Assembly: GCF_964204865.1 (NCBI RefSeq)
Contig: NC_135254.1
Location: forward strand, 12,276,001-12,340,000
Direction of reading: 5' to 3'
Source: Styela clava
Taxonomy: Eukaryota
DNA: 64,000 nt
In this document: positions 12,817 to 24,200 of the stretch, piece by piece
Position numbering within the stretch: position 1 is the first letter of the stretch
How the letters are laid out: each line of letters opens with the position of its first letter
Notes under the pieces: generated by a model
Database searches by the model: none
What the model saw: the letters and a program-made list of their open reading frames with translations, nothing else
What the model was told of the DNA's origin: nothing
Made by a program: the position numbers and the translations under genes

Positions 12817-15800
12817 TCATTGTATTGGCTGATCAATTCTTCCCATGAACAATATTGTGTTTGTGGATTTTTCTCGAATAATCAGAACGAAAGTATGATC
12901 AAAATGAAGTACGACATCATCTGCTGATCTTGAAGATCCTATAGCTAATGAGGAAGCAGCCGTTGTCCCTTCTTCATTCACCTGTAAAACCAAATTATGT
13001 TTATTATTAAAACCAAATTACCAAAGATGATTATTTCATTTATCGGCTGATAAATTACATTTTTCAACATGTACCCAGGGTGTGCAACTGTTTTTCAAAA
13101 TGGGCCAAAACTTGAAATTATGGTGCCGCTGAGGACCAAACGATCGAACAACCTTACATTGACTAGCAAAATGCTTTGTAAAATAGTCGCTTGGCATTGT
13201 GCTCATTCATTACTGCCATGGTGCTTTGACAAATCAGTGACAATGAAGTATCTCAGACACCATTCAGTGCCTTCCATAATCCACCATCCTTTATTTCTGG
13301 TTGACATTTAGTCTTTACTATCTCTTTTTCTATCATAGCATAGCACCAACAAAGTAATATCACATTGTTGAATCCTCACTGAACGAAACATCACACCCGC
13401 GTGATGTAACACAAAGTCAAAAATTCCCATAGTGATGTTGAAAGCATTTCAAAATAGGTATAAAATGTCTGTTATAGGCAATATAAATGAGTTCCACAGG
13501 CTGTATGTTGTACATCTCTGTTATACACTGTTATTTTTTATTTAAGAAGTTTTTTTTAGATCACCTTGCAAAAATTAGCAGTGTTTGTTCACTGTTAATT
13601 TTGTTGTTCTATATGAGTTCTAAGTTATTGTTACCTCCATAAATGTCTTGTGCATGGCAGTTCCCAGGTTGATATTGTATTTTTCATTCATTCCAGAAAG
13701 ATCAGCATCATTGTTGAACAAAGTAACAACATTCAAACGTTGTAATGTTTCAACAAGGTCTATATCATAATTGATTCGAAATTTTGGAAGTTTCAAAGTA
13801 ACCTGAGAAATAGATTGTAGGATGATATTATCTATGACATACACATGACTGAATTTTTTAGTTCTCAGTTTTTTATTGGTATGACATTGTGACCAATCAA
13901 ATTCGTGTAATTTTAACCTCTGTTGGGAGATTAGTCATTCAGACTTGAGATAATTTGAGGCAAGTATTCAAAATAGCAAAAAGTATCTGGGAGAACAATT
14001 TACAGTGTTGAAAAATTTTGTATTGTAAAACTAAACCGAAAATACAATAACTTGCTGCAGTAATAGCTCAAAAAAAAATATTATGTGATTAAATTTTAGT
14101 TTAGTTTTCAACATGACCTTAGTTAAAGATATAAGAATATAACGTTTTAAGTGTCTGGTGCAGTATATATTTTTGTTTCACCATTGTTTATGAAATCTAT
14201 ACTTTGATTGGGACTTGACTTGTGAATCAAGAAAGCAAACTCTTGCTAATGTTGTGACTGAGCGATTACTATGCTATCCTTCCTCTAAATTTCTTAGTTC
14301 CCTCTTACCATATTCCCATTTCCCAAAAAATTAATAGTTTCGAACAAACTTGAGTAAGGCCATGGCATACCTTTTGTTTATACACATTACGTAGCTCACG
14401 GTGGAAAAAATCTTCATCCATATTCAAGAGCAATGGCAAAAATTTTCTTTTCCATGGTAAATAGAGCTCCATTGATACTTTGTAGTCAGAATTTTCAGGT
14501 GCTGTAAAGGTTGCAGAGGTAACACAACTTTAGTTATTAATTTATCTGTTAATACAATTGCCAACTCCTCTTATTTGTTATTTTGAGACGGGGTCTTCCA
14601 GATTAAAAAATTTTAACAAAAGTTTAGTGTTTTTTAAAAATAGTGAATATTTTTTTATTTGGCTTATCGTTTTGTACCATACTTGTATGTTCATAGCCTT
14701 CACCTTTTGTTTTATAAGGTAGAACCAAAATATGACATCGGCAGGGTAATGCTTTCTTGTATTCAAGTTGAAAAACTCCGTCCATATAATCTACTCCTAT
14801 TTCTGTTCCGTCTTGCATTGTAAATGTCCCAGGTTTAGTTCTTTCATGTTCAAACTTATATTCCCATTCTCCCTGTGATAAATGCAGAAGATATAACCAC
14901 AACTTGGAATTATAGCTATGAACACAACGGGTTGTAGTTCCACTCAGATATAGTATATTGGGTAAACTGAGTCAAATTTGGAAGATAACATTCCTGCAGA
15001 GTAAGGTGGTTTACCAGTGGTTTGTTGTTCTGAGCCAAATATGTACAAAGCGAATAGAATATCTTATTGCATTCAAATATTGTGATATCCAATATAGTGA
15101 ATAAAATATGTAAGGAAATATTTAGGATATGGTCATTCGAATTTTTTTTTTTGTTGAACAAAATCTAAATTAGGCTATATTTAGTGTACAATAACATTTT
15201 TGTTTGCATTCAGAATACCAATTGTTCAATTTTGGTTTTCCTTTTATTTTATTTTCCGAAAGAGCACAAACCGGCGTCAACTGTATTAAAAAAAATTCAG
15301 ACTCTAATATATAGATATCAAAATTAGTAGATCTTATATTTATGATAAATCCTTCATACTGCATCTTACCTTGAAATATACTGAAGAGACCAGTGTTAAT
15401 AGGGTATTGCTCGTTATATAACCACTTGGTAATGCTTCTGGTATTGTGTTCTCAGTTTTGTTACTGACCCACTCATTGATGAGAGTTCTGGATTCTTCTG
15501 CATTATGCATAAAATCCAACTGAAATACAACATAAAAATTTTTGATCAATCAAACTTATAAGAATAGTAATGAACTATTTGCTTTTAGCAAAAATGAACC
15601 AAATATGTTTATATATTACTTGTTCTAGTCTTGCTCCAAAATATCTTTCCGTGTCATCAATAAAATTTGGTAAGAATGTTTCGGACTGTTCTGCAAATAG
15701 TCTACTTGCAATCGTGAACATGTAGCCACCATGCTCTGAACTTCTTTTCATATTGCCCAAAACCGTCTCATAGAGCCTTGGCACATCTCTCTTTGTGTAT

Positions 15801-17136
15801 TTTCTTCCGTTTCTGTTAAAAAAAAGTGAATATGATTAAAACAACTGTTGAATAATTTGTACATCCGCCTAGGATTTAGGGCATTGAATTTGCTGGCAGT
15901 CCATTCCACATTTCTGGTTAGTATTTACTCTTAGCATCTGAAAATTTTTAAGAAACTATCCATTTCCAAATATTTTATCGAGATTTGATCTTGAGTATGT
16001 TCATGCTCAATTCTTTCAACACAAAATAAAGATTTTTAAAACTTAAAATGGCCACAATTATCAATAATACTGTTTTAACTATGATGTCGCCGATAGACAG
16101 CCAATTTAGGTTCATATTTTTCTACAAGTTGTCATGCAGCAAGACTGGCTGGTAAGCATGAATAGAATGTTGCTGGCAGATCTATTAGCAACAACACTAA
16201 TAACCTATAAATGAAAATGTTTGACTAAGCATGCTAAAATAAGATAGCCACATTGAACGATGATTTAATTTCACCTTCATTTTAATGAATAAGCTTATAT
16301 CTGACTTCTTTTAATCGTAGTTTTTGATCAACATCAACACCATTTATTAATAGAATACGATAATCTCAATTCTCAATGATAATTTCACAATAAGTCAAAG
16401 CCCTAGTTTCACTTTAAATATTCCTACTTCTTTTCCCCGATAGTATCATATCCGAGTAGTTTCATCAGTTCAGCCTCTGTTTCACCTTCTGCTCCAAGTA
16501 ATACCATTGACAACCCAGTTGAAACTACAAAAGGTGAAATGACAATGTTTCCTGATTCCTGCTGTCTCGCAATATTTTTAAACAAACGATGTGCAAAATA
16601 TCTGTTTGCGATTGTTGTCATCCTCCAGGTTTTGCCTGCGTCTGGAGATCCTCGCCTGGAATGTTTTCAAAAATTTTGCACGTTGATGTGTGATATTTGA
16701 ACGATACGATAGACGATAAGACGATACTTGGAATGTTTAATTCCATATAAATAGCATTAACATACATCAAAATACATTTTACAGTTTACATTTCCATCCT
16801 GTAAGCCTAAGATATAGAATAATTGATTGCTGTCAGCCTTCAATGTGAAAATCGTCTTAATGCAAATGCAAACTAGTAGTTAAAACTGTTTTTTTATACA
16901 TTGACTAAGTGCTTTCAAAAAGCTATCATTCATGCTAATCATTGAAATGACAGATCTTTTGATCACATTATTGAAACCAGGGACTACAATAGTTTTGTTT
17001 TATAATACTGTGGGCAAGCATTGTTAAGCTATAACATTTCTTACCTTTCAGGTGAATTTTTCTTGTGTCCTAGTCTTTTATAAGCAAAACAGCAAGTGAA
17101 TAAAGCACTTGCGATGAAAATGTACCAATACTTCAT
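12817..17136 (-). CDS. Secreted serpin B (~431 aa, 8 exons), nested antisense in VARS last intron; likely P1-P1' Arg-Ser
   Basis: Exons 17136-17045, 16655-16428, 15812-15620, 15519-15370, 14872-14704, 14501-14371, 13802-13635, 12981-12817 (1296 nt, in frame). Signal peptide MKYWYIFIASALFTCCFA; NIVISP, ASRLF, VYFKGEW, LPKFRI, VNEEGTTAASSLAIGSSR-SADD, ILFMGRIDQP. Confidence 0.92.
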
Positions 17137-18357
17137 TTTATTCTATATCTATAATATACACAAAATGAATTTTGATGATTAGTCTGCATCAAAATATATT
17201 TTTCTTCATGCCGTACAATATTGACGTGCGAGCTTGTTGTTAATTCGCTCTTTAAAACAATATGTCTCAAGCTTTGAAAAATCGCTTTATCAACTGTATC
17301 TAATACCATACCCAACTTAACTTGTAATTGTACGAAGCAGGTGCATGTTTTATCGTTTTCTTATCATTTCTGCTCATGAAATATAAAATCCTACCCTAAA
17401 TGTGACCCCATTTCTTTGCGAATGCGTTCGTACGTTTCTGAATTGACAGTCGACCTTTAAATACAAATTTTAAGACCCATTTCTTGAATTACTCTTCCAT
17501 TGAAGGGTTTAAATATTTGCTTTACGTCATCCTAGTTTCAATGAGATTTGAAGGAAGTTGTTGAAACACTTTCTGTTTCCTGTTATTCAGGAGAAAAGTT
17601 TAACCTTTTTTATAAAGCAAATGAATTTCTTTCAAGTTCTTTTAGCATTTGTTTACTTCTTTACCAAACTTGGTTCGAAATTTAAGAGTTTGAATGGATG
17701 ATGCAAAACTTGCCTCATAGCAATGTCTATCAACAAATCAGCACTTTGTTAATAATTGAAAACTACTATACTAATCATCACTTTCGTCAAATATTCGTTT
17801 CTAGAATGGCCTTATTCTGACGCATTCCTGATAAGAATCGTATCTTTTTGTATCACATCCACTTATAAAACAAACCATGATCCTTCACTTTATAAAAAAA
17901 ATATGCCTGCTGGTTGACTGGTTGAAAAGAGAAAAAAATGATTTGCTTTCAAGAGTATTATGTTTGATCATAGCCCTCTTCGGCGATTTTTTTTTTCATT
18001 TAGAATTTAACCCCAGATGAAAAAAATTTGTGTATGTCAAATTTTTCATTGATAATTTTGTGAACTAGTCAAAATTAACAAAAATGTTAACGATACTAAA
18101 ACATAGATATATCAAAAACGCTGTTGTGAAAGGCAAATTGGATGGTTCATTTCTGCTCAATTTCTCTATTTGTCTTGGATGAGATATTTAGAAGAATCAA
18201 TGTTTTATATTTTAATAAAGAATCGGCCTGAAACATTTTCCAGTTGAGATATGAAACGTGGATCGATAGTTTAAAATCCCTGTCTTATGCGACCACAATC
18301 GCCGCGTTCAAAAAACTTCACTCTCAAATATATGGCTAATAATCAACTTTTGTTCAG

Positions 18358-18429
18358 GTTCAACAACTCAAAACTGAATTGAAAAAAATGCAAGAAGCAG
18401 AAAAGAGTTTTGTGTCAATGATGAGCTGA
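18358..18429 (+). CDS. VARS1: Valyl-tRNA synthetase terminal coding exon
   Basis: ttttgttcag|GTTCAACAA...AGCTGA = VQQLKTELKKMQEAEKSFVSMMS*, phase 0, continuing ...EAESEK. Resembles the human VARS end [22 protein letters not shown] in length and pattern. AATAAA follows at 18439. Confidence 0.85.
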   Translation, partial: VQQLKTELKKMQEAEKSFVSMMS

Positions 18430-18438
18430 TGTGGAGAC

Positions 18439-18444
18439 AATAAA
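18439..18444 (+). promoter_or_regulatory. Candidate polyadenylation signal of VARS
   Basis: AATAAA 9 nt after the TGA at 18427-18429. Confidence 0.4.
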
Positions 18445-19359
18445 CAACGTTCCTATCATGTTTTATTTTGGAATTAAATTGGTAGCCCGAGTCTTTTTAT
18501 AGAGAAAATCTAAAATTTGTTGAATAGGAATATTTATGTTGTAGTGTTTTGAATATCTTTCTTGGTGTATACTGAATGTCCTGCAAAGGTTTCTCCATTC
18601 TTGGTAGTGTTTGCCCTTAGAATGTGTGACAGTGTGTAGGATCATTTTTTGCCAACTTTTTTAAATCAACAGGCTATATAACTGTTTTTTGGTAAGTGAT
18701 GTACACTCGTCTCCTTTCTGTTTAGTGTTCATTTCAAGACCACATAGCAACTCGTTGAAATTATATTTAGAGGTGATTTAACATGCTTTGCTTATTCTAA
18801 GAGTTCTTGAACACATACGCTTCTTTTGGATCATAATTTGTTTGACAACCTCACTGTTATCCAATTTGAGTTATTTACAGTTCAGGATTTACGAAGTGTA
18901 ATAAAATTGGTGAACACATATTTGAGTTTCTAATCATCTCAATTTCATTGACCTGTACTACGTTATGGAGATATTTTTAACATGACCCACAGTTAATTTA
19001 TGCAGGTGTATCCATCTATTAGATTGTTAATTTTTAATTCAATTTGCCGTTAGGAATAATTATTGAAGTCGACATAATTTTGTTTCGTGTTTGAAAGTTT
19101 TGCAGGGTTGGATTAACTGAAGTACCAATAGCTACTGCGACAGTTATTGAATACCTCTTGACGCGGGACTCTAAGTCTAGGTGTTTCAGGTCAATACAGT
19201 CAGGAAGACAGCTACAGGGTAGTGAATTTTCTGGGAAAAAACTTTTTATAATATATTATTTGATGAAACCAAGGCGACTGGTTTCTTACGGTCACAGAAG
19301 TACTAGCGGAAATATGACAGTAATACTCCATGCATGAACCTGTCATTGATTTATTCAGA

Positions 19360-19900
19360 GCAGTACTTACCCAATGAACGAACACGGTAAAGTAATCATT
19401 CATCGGCTTGTTTTGAGTCGAGTCCTTGGATACGGTTTGCATGATTTCCTCTAGCGTCGCTATTAGATCTATTTTAGGATTGATATGACCGTTTGTGGTA
19501 AAACTTAGACTCATCCTAGTTTCCCATTCAGAAATCCCAATCGAGCCTGTTTCTGAATATTTGGCGAGTTACATACAAACTGTGTAGTTTATCCGACATC
19601 GTACGTTACACCAAGACCCGAATGAAGGGTGTAGTCGTTAGCATAAACAAATAAACTGGAAATGAGATTATCCAGAAGATCCTTGATGAATATTACGAAC
19701 AATGTAAGGCCAAGAATTGAGCCCTGGGGAACTGCAGAAGAAATTGGATATATCTGGGAGCGTTGTTTATCAAGGATAACGCTGATGTTGTAATCAGGAA
19801 GAAAGTCTCACTGTATAGACTAGTATCGAATTTTGTGCAAGAGCCCGGAGTCGAACTCTGTCGGAAGTTTTTGAAATATACAAGACAATTGATTTAGATT
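19360..19900 (-). mobile_element. LINE (CR1/L2-like) reverse transcriptase relic
   Basis: Broken minus-strand motifs: LxxSK..DRV-like (~19880), VPQGSILG..LFVIFIKDL (~19730-19680), FVYAND (YADD-like, ~19640); multiple frameshifts. Confidence 0.7.
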
Positions 19901-19989
19901 CGCCATGACGCGGTATATTGTTTCAGTAATAACTTGGACGGAGTTATAACATTGAAAATGACGTAAATTACCAAATAAGTCAAGAACTC

Positions 19990-20285
19990 AACCTATCTTT
20001 TCAAAACTGTGAGGACCTGTGGATTGAGATGAAGTATTCCCAACCAAACTCAAAAATCCAAATCCTCATTAGTGGTGTGATTCACAAGCACACTAAGCGT
20101 GACATTCCATCTTTCAATGGCTTGTTTATTTGAAAAGTTGGCTTTAGCAAAAAAGCAGTTCTCAATCCTATGAGACTTTACTATAAATGAACCTTCTTGA
20201 TAATCATGCCAACTCGACTTCTCAATATTCAGATATGCTCATGTCCAAGTTCGTGTTTCCAACTATCACAAAACCCACAACCATA
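19990..20285 (+). mobile_element. LINE APE-endonuclease relic
   Basis: Plus-strand fragments CEDLWIE, GVIHKH (GVIYRHP-like), DFTIN (GDFNIN-like), FPTITKPT, with stops and frameshifts. Confidence 0.55.
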
Positions 20286-21221
20286 TTGATTTCCATTTGA
20301 AACAACATGACTGTGATATTATTAGGGGCTGTGTTGACAAGTGTTGTTTTGAATGGCATTTCCATTCGTTTTCTTATTATTTCTGGGAGCTCTGCCACCC
20401 ATAGCCCATTTGAATGATCTCACGAAAGCGAGGTTGAATCTGCTCCAAATTTTGAATGTACATTCACCATAGCTCGTACCAGAAGACTATTGATTTTGGA
20501 TGAATTATGTCGTATAATTAGCGAGTTATAGATTAATTAGTGATGAGACACACGGTGTCACTATGGAGTAAGAGCGCTGTTTTGGGGATCCCCAACTTTC
20601 GATCGATAAGTCTTCGGTCTCCGACCGATATTCTCGTTTGTCTTTTTATGGTACTTGTTTTTAAACTTCCTGCAGGACATCTTGTCATGACATCAGCATT
20701 GATTATTTCCAGTAGCATGATTGTATGATACATAAGCCGAGGTTGATATTCCAGTGTGTTCCTTTAACGAAGAACCGTACCGCTGCACACGAATAGCCAT
20801 TTAGCGAAACGATCTATGGGTTCAATAAATCAGATATCGATAGGATGAAACTTGGATTGTTCGTACTCTTTCCTCACTGAACCTAAACCAAGCCGGTCGC
20901 GCACGGGTTTTCCTCGCCTCGCCTCAACTGGTCTATTCACAATTATATGGAATAAAGAAAGGGATCTTTTTTCAACTACACTGCACCAACGAGTTTATTT
21001 ATGTACTGGTTTTGTTAGAATTCCAAACAGATAAAAATCTTGCGAAAAGTAGAGAATTGAAGTTTTCTGGCGTTTCTCCCTACTACACTTCCCCGAGCTG
21101 GTCTGGTCTTTCAAACTCTTCAATTTTATAATTTTGACTGTGAAAGTGGAAGATAACGCAATATGTTCTTTGTGAAAATTTATTGAAAGCTTTGTGTACA
21201 AAAATTATCATAAATTATCAT

Positions 21222-24200
21222 TTATTGAAGTGATGGATCGCTTATTCGACCGATGAAGAGAATACTCTTTGTGGATTTTTCCAGTATAACAAGAAGAAAC
21301 GGTCGATTAAACCTCATAACCGGTGGTTCTACAATGAATCCAAATCGAAATCCGGATACTCCGGCAACTTCTGTTCCACGTTCGTTGACCTGTATTGCAT
21401 AAAATATTCCGAAATTAATGCGGGGTTTATAAACACTCCTCCACAAAAAAATGATAGGCGTGGTAAAAACGTCATCGTTTTTAGGGTTCCTATGGAAGGC
21501 TAAAAGTAACCAATCAAGAAATATAAATATATGTAATTAATTGAGTAATTCTTTAAATATTGCCTGTAAAACTCAAAGAACCTGTAGATATTTAGGCGTC
21601 AAGCGAACTCACCGACATAACGGTTTTATGTATTGCAGTATCCAATGAAAATGGTCTTTTTCCTTTGAAATACATATTGCTAAGGTCGGCGTTATATCGA
21701 TAAAATAAATTTTTGACTCCCATTCCTTTTAATGCGCCCTTCAAATCATGGTCTGCTGTAACGTTAAACTTTGGAATGATGACGTCATACTAAAAAGAAA
21801 TAATATTTTTGAGTTTAATTATATTTCATTAAAGTAATTTCCAATGCTATGAGTCACTAATGTACCACTTCATTAAAGTATAACTACAACTTAATCTGAA
21901 AAATAGAAAGTAACAACACGAGATTACCAGCACTTTTGACACAGCTTTTTTCATTAAATCGAAAAGAGCATCGATGGTTCTCAAAGTGCTTCATTAACTT
22001 TCCTGGTTGAAATTTGGCAGTATTAATTAACTAAGCTTCATAAGTTGTAAATAAAATAGAAGAATCCAAAAACTTGGGAATTTGGAATTCCAACAATCGA
22101 AGAAGATTAACATATTTAAACATAAATATTAAATTATGTTTCAAAAGTAAACTAGAATGAGTTAGTTATTTTACACGACTGCCGGTATTTTTCATGTTGC
22201 ACTTTCTTCTATACGTAAACTTCAAGTTGTTTCATATTATGACTGTTTCTATTTAAATTTCGACAGATTCAAACAGATAGTAACGTAACTTACATAGGTT
22301 TTTCTTCTTGTCAATATCTGATCAAAAATTCCGTTCAAACCGTTCTTTTGCCTTTCGGACATTTGTGAAATGAACGTATTCATGTTATTATACCTTTTGC
22401 TCGGCATTATCAATATCATGCTTGTTTCTAAACCACTTTCAGCTAAAATATAAAAATTGAAGAATTTGAAACAGATTAGATTAGTTAGTTGTCGGATGTC
22501 AGACTATGAGAAACTGTACAGAATAAGAATGATGTTTAACCCATACCTTGATGTTTAACCCAAATTTGCACCTTCAGAATGGAGTAGCAACGACTCCAGT
22601 CTATTATAAATCACTTGATTTGTTCATTCGGGGTTTTCAGAGACACGCGCGAGTTCGTGACTGATTTTGATTTTAGAATGTAATTATAATTTGTAGCTTA
22701 TCTTATGACAAATATTAATTGTGCATGTTAGTAATTCAGATCGTGGTATACCGTAATGTTATCCCGGGAATTGATCGTTAGCCCGGGAATTAGATTTGCA
22801 TAATGTTGCGATTATGCGAACCGTGTTTTACCGATATATTTTAAATATATACATAACAAAAATTCTGTTACCAAGTGTTTTATAAGGTAATTCCAGAATA
22901 TCTGCCTCTGGATTCTTTAACTTCAAAGTTCGATAGAACGATAGATTTTCCATAAATTGGATAGAAACAGTTTTTCGATTTGGTTTGTAGAAAATTCCTT
23001 GTCTTGTATCGTAATCCATAAAAACCGTCTCCCAAGCTGCCTGAAACAATTCGTCAAAGAAAAGAATCGTGAAAAATTCCTGTATTTATCTCATTGATCG
23101 ATTAAACAGAAATGGTGTATATAGTGACGAACTTGCGACAGAAGCATATCTGACTGACACATTAATTAAAACATGAATTCGGGCTGGAAACGATTTTTGT
23201 TACTCGAAAACGAGATTGCAATGTTTGAATGTATGTCATATAAAGTGTTCCCATATTGTCATTAAAAGTGTTCTCATAGATTGAAATAAAACAGCAAAAT
23301 TTTTACGTGAAATAAGGGATTCAAACAGATTCAAATCAAAAAATTGATGAAAATTGTGTAAAAAAAATCAATAGCTTTGTAGCTCTAACTATCTTTAATT
23401 ACTAAACATTTGAAATCGATTGATTGATTAGTCGCACAAAGCAATTTTGTCAACAACAACAACCCCAACAACAATTTATTAAAACGATCCTTGTGTGTAC
23501 AAAAACTTTCAAAAAAACTTTGTTCAAAAAGTAATTCCACGTAAGCACTTCGTGGAAAATAGCCGCGTTAATCAGATTGACATCATATTATTTTTTAATT
23601 TATAATGCAAGATGCTTTTTAAAGGTAGCTTTCGGTAATTCGTCATGTTTCCATGATGTGATTTAAATTTTAGCTATTTACATACAACGAACTGTTTATA
23701 TTAATGTTACGATAACTCGGTCGCATTTTCGTTACCGGTATATATATAATAGGTATATATATGCAATTTGTGTAACGGCACTGATCGCCATCAATTTAGT
23801 GATCCGTCATGGGCTATTCCAATGATTGATGAAACCATTTTATTTGGTAAGGCTGAGACCATCGTAGTATCATCAATCAGTCCATATCCGGTTATTAATC
23901 TCTTAGTAACTCGTAGTGTCAAAACAATTCTATGAATATGAGGAGTTTGTATCCAAGGATTTTTAGGAAATGGCAATAATATATCACATTGTAACTTTGA
24001 TTCAAGTACTGAAAAGAGAACGAACGCCTACTTTTCGAAAGCAAACTTAATCATTTTGGATATAATAATTTTTTCAAAATTTGCCGCTGTATTTCTTGCT
24101 AAATGATAAAATGCATGATAGCCGTCATTTTGCGAACAATATTACCTAACCATTTTGTAGAAAGGAAGTAAACAGGTGCGATTCCTACTACAGTTTCACA

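Noticed and set aside
20300-21000. GC-richer stretch as a gene or LINE ORF1
   Set aside because: No sustained frame or motif I can identify
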